Under the pieces are notes generated by a model. The model was given only the letters and a program-made list of their open reading frames with translations. It searched no databases and was not told where the DNA came from. A stretch of 64,000 bases of DNA, from contig NIVC01000945.1 in NCBI GenBank assembly GCA_002269645.1, forward strand, positions 186,001 to 250,000, given 5' to 3'. A program made the translations under genes and the position numbers. Below, one piece after another: positions 1-10,800 of the stretch. The stretch comes from Macrostomum lignano. Lineage: Eukaryota. Within the stretch, counting starts at the first letter, position 1; every line of letters starts with the position of its first letter.

Positions 1-1272
1 AAATTCTCTTAAGCTGCGGCGATGAAAAGCTTTGATTAGACTGCATCGCGACTTTTGTGTTGGCTAAGTAACTTTGTATTGCACTCGGTGACCCTTTGAT
101 TGTAGAGCCATGGTTTGAACCCTCATATAAACGAACAAGCATCGATAGTGAAAATGGCAAATATGGAATAACACTATCATTTATAGGCAGTTTATACACT
201 ATTACTCACTTTGGTTAGCTCGTATTTAAGGTGTTGTGAGCTGAATGGAGCCCTCTAGAGGCTTCTAGCACTAGGTTGAACAACTCCAATTTTGAGATGG
301 ACTGATCAAAATTATAAATTGCTTGTTCGACAAATATTGAGTTTTCTTCAATATCTACGTGACAGACTCGCTCTGGTAGTTATGATTTGTAACTGGTACT
401 GCTGCTATCTTGAAATATTTGCAGTAGGGTTGTGGCCTCCCTGGTGCAATGTCTGTTGCGAAATAGTCTCAGAACCAGCACTGAGACAATTCTGCCCAAT
501 TCACTGACTCCTGAGCACATAAAGGCACGCCAATACGCAAGCACGCACTCATACGCACGTTCACACAGGGTGTACAGCGGCCCGAGTTCCTAATCGTAGG
601 TGTAAACCAAACGGCAACTCCCCCCGACCAATGCATATGCACCAAATAATTAAATCGAACCACCTTGCACCTAGGGGTGTTCGGGATATGGCTTTTGGAG
701 TAACCTCGTTCCCAAACATTTTTCAGTAACCCCGAACCCCGTCCCGAACCCCGGAAACTCCGACGTGTACACGAACCTACCCATCTTAGTCAGGGGGCAA
801 GGCACCAAGCGTAATAATAATCTCTGCGTGCATATCTGTTATTTAATGATGTGCCACACGACATAGCAAATTTACCTTTTAAGTTTAGCTTACTTGCAAA
901 CAGCATATGAGTATGAGCTTCAGCCTCCTTAAGTAACCTTTCTCTATTCAGTTTGGTTCTGTGATCAGTTCCTGATTTCAATTTTTCTTTAATTCCTCTG
1001 GATCTAAAAGGTTAGCATCAATGTTCTGGCCTACAAAAGCCAGGGAAGACAAGAATACTGGCGACTACTCTCGACAATTGGTTTGCTTCCGTTCAATACA
1101 TAATTTATGTCAAATTCAATTAAGCACATCAAGACAGGTGTGAGTCAGAGACAGGTGTGGATACGGAGTTTAAAATACATAATTCTATGGGAATTCAGAC
1201 AATTCGCGAATTCCCGAAAATCACGCTCCAGAATTCCGTCTTGAACCCGATCCCGAAAAAGTCGACTGCCTG

Positions 1273-1354
1273 CATGGCTGATGCCGGCGCCCTGGACACT
1301 GCCGGCCGGCGGTGCGGCCTACGTTCGCACCCAGGCCCTGAAACGCGTCCTGTG
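1273..1354 (+). ncRNA. Degenerate hammerhead-like structured motif
   Basis: CATGG-CTGATG(C)..CCTGG..CCAGG..GAAACGCGTC-CTGTG; two internal hairpins in the stem II loop; A9 is not conserved. Confidence 0.3.
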
Positions 1355-2084
1355 ACGTTGTCTCCGCTTGACTGGCTGACAACTTATTTTGTTTTTATTT
1401 TTGTCGTGAGCAATAGTTTCGTTCATTAGTAAAAAAGACAAGATGAATTCCGAAATCTGTACTTACATGTAAAACTGGTCTGAGAAAAAGCATAACCATT
1501 CCAGATAGCTATGTTTAGACCTCCATGAATGAACAACGCTGATGGCCTGATTAAATCCAAGTTCGAAAGGGTTAACTAATTATTAACCCTAACAAATTGC
1601 ATTAAAATGGCCAGTGATTTATCAGTTTAAGCGGGGCAGCGCCCGAGCCCTAATCTAGAGTGGCCATCTGTCTTTCAGGTGAGGTTTGCGATTTTTTACC
1701 TTTGGCGTGCCGAAAATTGTTAAACATTTGTCAACCGGAAACACAGCCCTTGTCTACCATCAAAGGGAGCGTTTGAAACTGCGATCAAGTAAACAAAATA
1801 GCACTCGATTGGCAGAGCTCCACTACTTTTATCAGATGATAAAGGCATCTGTAAATATTTAAGGCAAACAATTTCAACGGAAGCTTGTTCTGGAAAGAAA
1901 AAGTAAGAGAGGTGGGGAGAGGTGAAGATGAGGTTAAAAGATTAGGCGCATTTTTTAAGCTTGGCTTCTGTTTACGAAGCAATATATTATTATACTTCAT
2001 TTACCATTAGTGTGAAGAATTAAATATCTAACCCAATGAAAGATGAATAGCTTACGTGCTTAATGAGTATTCGGAATAACCCTG

Positions 2085-2308
2085 GGACTACTTAATAACT
2101 AGGGAGGGAAACTACAAAATTTGGAGGCCAATCTGTTAATAAATTAGTCCTCGAAAAGCATTAGATCGTACTTACAGATAGGTTTTTACCACAGCTTTTA
2201 CCTTGATAAAAAGTTTGCGTCTATTTAAGTAATGCTTTTCGAGGACTAAGTTAAAAACAGATTGGCCTCCAAATTTTGTAGTTTCCCGTCCCGAGTATTG
2301 AATTGTCC
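2085..2308. mobile_element. MITE-like long inverted repeat
   Basis: 2107-2163 and 2230-2287 are near-perfect reverse complements (GGGAAACTACAAAATTTGGAGGCCAATCTG..), extending imperfectly outward. Confidence 0.65.
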
Positions 2309-3029
2309 TTGTACAAACCCTAAAATATATCGATGCCCTGATCGTCTTTGATTTCGGTACTGACAATCAAAAGCCACAGGCCATAATTTTATAGCAAAAA
2401 GTATCATGCTTATTACTAATTATAGTCACAATCAACCGCTGTTACGGTAGAGAGAGCTCGGGACAATTGAGTTTTCCATTGTGTTGTATTGTATTGTATT
2501 GTGTGTGTTTATCATCGTAATTTTTACCAGTCTTTAGGAAAGGCTGACACAGCTGTGTCAGTCCAAGTCAAAGTATTCAAAGCATAGAAAATATACTCTA
2601 GTCTTACAGTTCCTTATAATTTAATTGATCCTGTTAATTTATCTAATTAATTTAGCCGCAACCCCTGGCTTGATTCCATGCACGGCCAAATTCATTTGAG
2701 GCTTACGCACACGAAAATTGGCCGGTGAGAGTGTGCATTGCCTGACGATCAGGCCTGAGTCAATGACTACTCAAGTAACATGTATATAGGGCCGTACACT
2801 CGAAATCAATGGTAAATGTTTTCAAGGCAACTTTTCGCCGGAAAAATACACTACAGAGACAGGAAATTTCAGTATTTTCAAAACTAAAACAGTTATTGGG
2901 TTTCTTAACAGTGTCAGAGAAAGCTCTAATCACACTATTTTGTGCCTCACATGCTGCTCTAACGACGCATTAATCGATTTTCATGTTAAATTGGTCTTGT
3001 CATTATTTTAAACCTTTATTCCAATAAGA

Positions 3030-3215
3030 TGCTTTCCAATTTTCAATAAGATTTCAATAATTTCCAATAAGATATTGACTATGAGCAGAGCTCTGGAAAA
3101 GCGAATGAAAATTGTTGGTAGACACACTGATATTCCAGCGGTACGCAACAACCCGCAGACGGTTGCAAAAAGACAGGAGTTTGCCGAATGGCTCACGAGC
3201 GTTTTTTGGACCACA
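3030..3215 (+). pseudogene. Possible IS630/Tc1-type transposase remnant
   Basis: SRALEKRMKIVGRHTDIPAVRNNPQTVAKRQEFAEWL resembles the linker before the first catalytic Asp; truncated by the 20-bp array. Confidence 0.3.
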
Positions 3216-4078
3216 TTGATGCTTGTTGGACCAAATTGATGCTTGTTGGACCAAATTGATGCTTGTTGGACCAAATTGATGCTTGTTGGACCAAATTGAT
3301 GCTTGTTGGACCAAATTGATGCTTGTTGGACCAAATTGATGCTTGTTGGACCAAACTGATGCTTGTTGGACCAAATTGATGCTTGTTGGACCAAATTGAT
3401 GCTTGTTGGACCAAATTGATGCTTGTTGGACCAAATTGATGCTTGTTGGACCAAATTGATGCTTGTTGGACCAAATTGATGCTTGTTGGACCAAATTGAT
3501 GCTTTTTGGACCAAATTGATGCTTGTTGGACTAAATTGATGCTTGTTGGACCAAATTGATGCTTGTTAGACCAAATTGATGCTTGTTGGACCAAATTGAT
3601 GCTTGTTGGACCAAATTGATGCTTGTTGGACCAAATTGATGCTTGTTGGACTAAATTGATGCTTGTTGGACCAAATTGATGCTTGTTAGACCAAATTGAT
3701 GCTTGTTGGACCAAATTGATGCTTGTTGGATCAAATTGATGCTTGTTGGACCAAATTGATGCTTGTTGGATCAAATTGATGCTTGTTGGACCAAATTGAT
3801 GCTTGTTGGACCAAATTGATGCTTGTTGGACCAAATTGATGCTTGTTGGACCAAATTGATGCTTGTTGGACCAAATTGATGCTTGTTAGATCAAATTGAT
3901 GCTTGTTGGACCAAATTGATGCTTGTTGGATCAAATTGATGCTTGTTGGACCAAATTGATGCTTGTTGGACCAAATTGATGCTTGTTGGATCAAATTGAT
4001 GCTTGTTGGATCAAATTGATGCTTGTTGGACCAAATTGATGCTTGTTGGACCAAATTGATGCTTGTTGGACCAAATTA
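3205..4078. repeat. 20-bp minisatellite GATGCTTGTTGGACCAAATT, ~43 copies
   Basis: Visible 20-bp period. Confidence 0.97.
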
Positions 4079-4217
4079 AATGCCGCTGTACCAGCCTTGC
4101 TACCATGGACAAAAGCTCCATTACATTGGCAAGCATATCTTAGATTAAGTTAAAGTTGATCGCTTTAACAACCATGCAAATAAAAAACTAATTATCAACA
4201 TTCTGTAATTTGTAACA

Positions 4218-4257
4218 TTGCGACGCGTTTCGATCACCATTGATCATTCTCAAGCAA
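4218..4257 (-). ncRNA. Minimal type I hammerhead ribozyme motif, Penelope-element type
   Basis: Minus strand TTGC-TTGAGAAT-GATC-aatggt-GATC-GAAACGCGTC-GCAA: stem I TTGC/GCAA, stem II GATC/GATC, palindromic stem III ACGCGT, GUC cleavage triplet, core with U3-A8 covariation and a 1-nt insertion. Confidence 0.6.
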
Positions 4258-6721
4258 ATCTTAGTTATATTTGAAAACGAAACGGAGTTTAAACGACGAC
4301 ATATATATAAGATGTGTTAAAAAAATCAAATATTACGCAGTCAGTAGAATGAAGGAAATACAGTCACCAGTCACAATCCAATGTACAATAGAGCTGAAAA
4401 GAATCATGTACATTCAGCCTCAAGCTACTACACATATTGGTATGCTTTGGATATACACTGGTAGCGTGATGACAAAAAAGCAATGCTGTGCAAGCTACTA
4501 ACAGTAGGTCTGTAGCGGATATTAAATGACTTTCTTATTAAAAGCGGTACTACTGAGAATAAATACGTCTAGAGTAATTATTAAAAGTATGTAGAGACTA
4601 GACAATAGCACATATAGCTCGTACGAGCTAAAAATCTCAGTAAAAAAACTGAAATTATCCGTTTGTGCCGTCTCAGTCAACCCGTTCTCAAATATTTTGA
4701 CTAGCTATTTCAAAGGCAACACGTTTGTAATTTTTAAATATGGATACTAAATTCCTACATTTTCGATTATCTAAGACTAAATTAGTCATACGTAGCACGT
4801 CCCTAATGGCTAATTTAATCTAGCCAGCGTCATTAGTACCTATGTAGAGACCCTACAGAACTGTATATATACTAGTATAGCGGTAGGGGCACAACTACTA
4901 GCAGACCATAGTTAAGGCACCTATTAGCACGTGTACTTGATTATTTTTATCAAAAATGGATCCGCCAACAAACACTGGACCGGGCGATGGTGATCAAGGC
5001 ATTATTTGTACCATCTGGACGATAATCAGCCGTTAGGGTGAGTAACCAACAAACAAGTCAAATCTGGTGATTGTACTATCAGATATCTGAGTGGATACGA
5101 GTGATTCCCCATCGGAATATAATTTATACCAGATTATCTCAACCATCCGTTTTACAGCTGCAACATGCATATCGAGTAAATGCTCCCATGCTTCAATTTT
5201 GCTTTGCTACGAATCCAGACTGTGCCAAATGACGATTACTTAGAGTTTTCTCAATCGGATCTACATTCTACTAAATAACAATGGGTAATAATTGACCTTA
5301 TGAACAAGGTACCTTACTCATGTACTACGAGTAAATCTACTTTTTCACCGCTTTTTCACTTTTTGGCAAATCAAGAAAGCATTCAAATGTACGCATTAAA
5401 CAAGTGTTTTAATTGCGTTGAATAGTTCAATAAACCAGTGCTTCTGTACCGGTATTCAGACGCGAAGTCTTGTTAAAAAAGGAAAACTTTTCGTGTAATG
5501 AGAAAGCATAGGTTTTCTAAGCATCCTCATATCACCACATTCGTTTTTTATTGCCTAAAAATACCGTGTAGTCTTGTTTTCTAGATGGATTTATTTATTG
5601 ATGACTTCTTTAAAATGCTATATACACGTACTGATATCCAGAATGTAACCATCGATTGTAAATAATTACTGAATAAATATTTTAGATCGCGCTATTTTGT
5701 GAGAATTGGCAAAAATATAATAAAAAATGACATTTAATTTATTGCCTTCATTTCAATATGCATGTTTAAAATTCTTTTCAATAAAACAACAGCACAATGG
5801 TCCACTTATAGCTCGTATACTCCCTAATGATTCAGTGAACAGAGATCCATCGACCCTAAAAATCAGAGAACCAAATACCGACAAGGTATAGGTCGTACGG
5901 TGAACAAGCTTTCTGGCTTAGTTTCTACTGAAGTTTACCGTAGCTACGTGGCTTGCACAAGCGTAGTATAGCTTTTGTCTTGCTATGTGGAACAGAGGGC
6001 ACGCAAACCGGAACGTTGAATTACCTCAAGAAAGTAAGCCATAGAAAAGTCGATTTGTTTTCCACAAAGATGACAACAAGACGATTTCATTTCATTTCGG
6101 TTGATGGAGTTCAGCTAGAATGGCGCCGCAAATTTCGGTACGCGATTGATAGCGTATGATAGCGTATCGTCGCTGCTTTGCACCGTGGACTGTCGATGAA
6201 GGATGTCATTGTTGTTAGGAATTGCGGCTCGTGGACACTCACTAAATCGCACGGTGACAACCCATAGGGTCCTGACATTACAGTTTGCATGGAAATTCCT
6301 CGGAGTGAGTTTAGATTGGTGCATTCTGTCATCTAGAGAGGTGGCCAAACGAAGCAATGATTTCAGGTCTTTTTAGAGTTTACCTAACGGGAAATTTTTA
6401 GACTTCACTGTAACGTGGAAATCACAGAGAAACATCTGGACAGGTTAGTGCAGATGCCAGCAAAATACTACAAACGACAGCTTGTCTAAATGGTACACAA
6501 GCGTCTCTTTGAGAGCTTTAATTTCCAAGGTACAACCTTGTACGCCTGTACTAATAATATGAAAACATCATTTACGACCTACCTAGTTATTCAGCTCAAT
6601 TTTATTCGATGCTTTCTGAAGTAGACTGTTAGCTAGTTAAGCTTTTTATAGTAAAATCGTAATTTCTATACTAGACTCAACTATATTTGTGCCTTATAAA
6701 ACTTCAGCAGACTCCATCCAA

Positions 6722-6830
6722 CATACTAAAAATGGTTTGTCGGTATCTACGTGTGTGTGTCTGTCGGTATGTGATCGGTTTCAGCAAAAACGGCTCAACC
6801 GATTTTCTTCATTATGTTTCTAAATTAGCA
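6722..6830. mobile_element. HINE-like terminus
   Basis: ATACTAAAAA..GTCTGTC..AAAACGGCTCAACCGATTTTC, the reverse complement of the GAAAATCGGTTGAGCC motif at 30.3 kb. Confidence 0.45.
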
Positions 6831-7711
6831 GTGAAAGCTTTTAAAGCGTCATCGTCATTGGTACCTGTGAATTCTCCCAACGCAAGTGCATATGAATGAC
6901 AGAGCCTTAAGAATGCTTCGTTAACCATAGTCAGTGCTATAACTTTGATAGTCGACCGATGGGTTTGAAAAAGGAGCCGGTAAAGAATACCACCTCAGTT
7001 GGGAGTCACCAGGATTCCAGGACTCCATGAATTCTAGATACATCTCTAAGTGATTCGCATTGGTTTAACATCGCGAGTGACATTAATCTCATACTTGTAA
7101 ATGATTCCAAACGATTCAAAAAGTGTAAATTATTACAAACAACGCGCATTCAATTCTTCATGGTTTCCGTTCAGATAGAACTACTTTTTGTCTTGAAAAA
7201 TATTTTTCATTTCATGGAAACCAATCGTCGAATTGGATAGTTCGTTTCAGTAGGTTAAATATAATATTTTTTCATTGCAAGTGTCATTTTTGAAGGTCAA
7301 ATTTGCATAAAGGTTGAGAATAAAAGCAAAATACGTTAATAGGATCTTGAAGAAAACCATTTAATATGTTATTATTAGGGAATCTGATCGAGTAATTATT
7401 TGATATCATTGCCTGAGACAATCTAGGAAATTGAAAATATTTAAGTACAAAGTTCAATATGCAATCAAATCATTGAATCGGAAAATGATAGTCGACGGTA
7501 ATACACAGAAAAAAATAGGGACGACAATATAGGAAAAACAGAAAATCATTTGTTCGTTTGTATCGCAGCTCAACTGGTAATTTGTAAAGTTTGATAATCT
7601 CTATGATTACAGATATATATGCAGTAGATTAAAAACAATATATATTGTTTATATAATAATAACAATATATATATCTAGACAGTTTTAAGCTTCCGTATTT
7701 GAGGCTGAATT

Positions 7712-7828
7712 TCAATCGTAGTCATCGCCGTTCTCGTCTCGCAGTCTGCGCTCTCGTTCGGCGTCCCTCAAGCTGGCCGCCAGATGGGGATACCCCGATG
7801 CGTTCAGCGCCCTGCAGAGGATCAGAAC
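7712..7828 (-). CDS. DTHD1-like exon 10 (death domain last helix, stop)
   Basis: gccag|GTT; VLILCRALNASGYPHLAASLRDAERERRLRDENGDDYD*; absent from the ORF track. Confidence 0.85.
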   Translation of the reverse strand, partial: VLILCRALNASGYPHLAASLRDAERERRLRDENGDDYD

Positions 7829-10800
7829 CTGGCGCGAGCCAATGAGGTTTATGATTAGGAGCATTATATCAGCATGTCAGCAAGGACTTGTCGCCAGCGA
7901 ATTGATGCTGCAGAATAATAATAATATACTTTAAATAATAGTCAGACGAATACAATTTCATCGCCAATTAGTTTTGTGGACTGGTGTACTGCCCCCCCAT
8001 TGGGCGGGGGCTTTATGGAAGACAGCTCGGCGAGCCTACTTGGGCTTACTGCAGTATATGAGCCATTGTATTGTCGCCAGCGACTAACTGGTTAAGAATA
8101 TGCAGTTATGATTACACGAGGGTACTTCTCAAAGTACTTTGAGTTTACTTGCAATCAAAGAAAATGATTTCTCACCTTATTTTTCAACACGGGCAGCTTC
8201 TTAACCCAGGTAATTAACATATCATAGGCTTGGGTCTCCTGTGACTCGCTCGTCTTCTTAATAACTGAGCATCGTTTCTTAGAAACCTCCAACTTATCGG
8301 CCAGCAATTCCCAATTGTCGCAGACAAGTTCAGCAAGATCGCGAAGATATTCCATTGTCACCGAGTCTATAAATAAAAATCGATCAGTTTGTACTCTTGA
8401 TAAACATTCCTGACTTACTTAGCTATCAGAAGGTCTCACCTTTCGATTTGAAGACAAAAGGCGTTGCCCTAGGCGACTTGACTCGCAACTCCTCCTCAGA
8501 TTTGGGCACGCAGATGAGCATCTTAGCAACCACAGCCTCCTCCATCACAGTCACTGTCTGATGAGGGTTTCCCTTCTTTGCGTCCTTTACTGGCTTCTGC
8601 ACCGCCATGTCCGTAGTGACCTCGATATAGCCGCGGAACTGGTCAAGAGCTCGCTGGGCAAAGCGATCTCGTTCCGTAACGCTGCATAGTTTTGAAAGGC
8701 AAAGCTTACTACTAACAGTAACCAATAAGTTCCGAAGAAAATGTATAAAACCATCTATAGTGATTGAAAGGTTGAGCTATAGCTTCTTCCACGTTCGAAT
8801 CCTTAAAACAGGTCTATGAAGTTCTCCCGCAGTAAGGTTTTCCCGCAGGATGTTTTCCCACAGCGAGATTTTCCCGCGAGATTTTCCTGCGGCGAGGTTT
8901 TCCCGCAGGGTTTTTACAGTCGGAATTGGATTTGAAATCTAATCTAGTCTAGTTCTAATCTAGTCTAGCCTTTAATCTAGTCTAGTTTTTAATATAGTCT
9001 AGTTTATGTCTAGTCTAGTCTAGCCTAGCCTAGTCTAGTCTAGTCTAGTATAGTCTAGGCTAGTTCTAATCTAGTCGAGCACTGTCTATAGACTGGATTT
9101 GACTAGAAATTCCGACTGTAGAAACCCAGCCGGAAAACCTCGGCGGGAAAACTCTTGCAGGAAAACCTCCTGCGGGAAAACCTCGCCGCGGGAAAGCTTC
9201 CTACGGGAAATTCTCGTGGTCCCCTTAAAAGACTACAACAGCTAGAGGCTACCAATAACTTAGAGCGTACCAATACAAGTATCCTAAAACTGGATTTTTC
9301 TTTTTAGTCTGCAACATACTAACATAGTCTCTTCCAATACCCTACGGCTGAATCTACCAATATCCCATATAGTATCTAAAGTATTTATAAATACCCTACC
9401 AGAGTCCACAGACACTCACGAAAGCTCGAGTCGATTCTTCATCTGAGAATTAAAGTGCAACACAAACTCTGACGGCCTGTCCGGGTCGTCATCCTCGCAG
9501 ATGATGTTGCCGCGGAATCTTAATCGAAATTGCTGCCTCTCGCGAACTCGAATGTCTTCGCTGACGCCGGGGCCGTTGCTGCCACCGCCGCCACCGCCAA
9601 GACCGCCAGAGATTCCGTCATAGTCATAGCCGGCTTCTTGAAGCTGCTTCAGAGTCCGATCGAGGCGACCGCTGGCTGTGAGTGCCAGAGACACCTGCGG
9701 GTAATTGTTTGTAACTAATTTTGTAGTTTGAAAATTAACATTACATTTTCAGCTAACCATCGTTGTCCTTAAAGTGCGAAAACCCGCCTGAATTGGTGTC
9801 TTCAGTTGCAACATCAACCATCTCTATCGGTGTGTTAAGTTGCAACAGCATCCACCTCCATTGGTGTGTTGAGTTGCAGCATCATCCACCTCCATTGGTG
9901 TGTTGAGTTGCAACAGCATCCACCTCCATTGGTGTGTTGAGTTGCAACAACATCCACCTCCATTGGTGTGTTGAGTTGCAACAACATCCACCTCCATTGG
10001 TGTGTTGAGTTGCAACAACATCCACCTCCATTGGTGTGTTGAGTTGCAACAACATCCACCTCCATTGGTATGTTGAGTTGCAACAGCATCCACCTCCATC
10101 GGTGTGCTGAACTGCAACAGCATCCACCTCCATCGGTGTGCTGAGCTGCAACAACATCCACCTCCATCGGTGTGCTGAACTGCAACAGCATCCACCTCCA
10201 TCGGTGTGCTGAGCTGCAACAGCATCCACCTCCATCGGTGTGCTGAGCTGCAACAGCATCCACCTCCATCGGTGTGCTGAGCTGCAACAGCATCCACCTC
10301 CATCGGTGTGCTGAGCTGCAACAGCATCCACCTCCATTGGTATGTTGAGTTGCAACAACATCCACCTCCATTGGTGTGTTGAGTTGCAACAACATCCACC
10401 TCCATTGGTGTGTTGAGTTGCAACAACATCCACCTCCATTGGTGTGTTGAGTTGCAACAGCATCCACCTCCATTGGTGTGTTGAGTTGCAACAACATCCA
10501 CCTCCATTGGTGTGTTGAGTTGCAACAACATCCACCTCCATTGGTGTGTTGAGTTGCAACAACATCCACCTCCATTGGTATGTTGAGTTGCAACAGCATC
10601 CACCTCCATCGGTGTGCTGAACTGCAACAGCATCCACCTCCATCGGTGTGCTGAGCTGCAACAGCATCCACCTCCATCGGTGTGCTGAGCTGCAACAGCA
10701 TCCACCTCCATCGGTGTGCTGAGCTGCAACAGCATCCACCTCCATCGGTGTGCTGAGCTGCAACAGCATCCACCTCCATCGGTGTGCTGAGCTGCAACAG

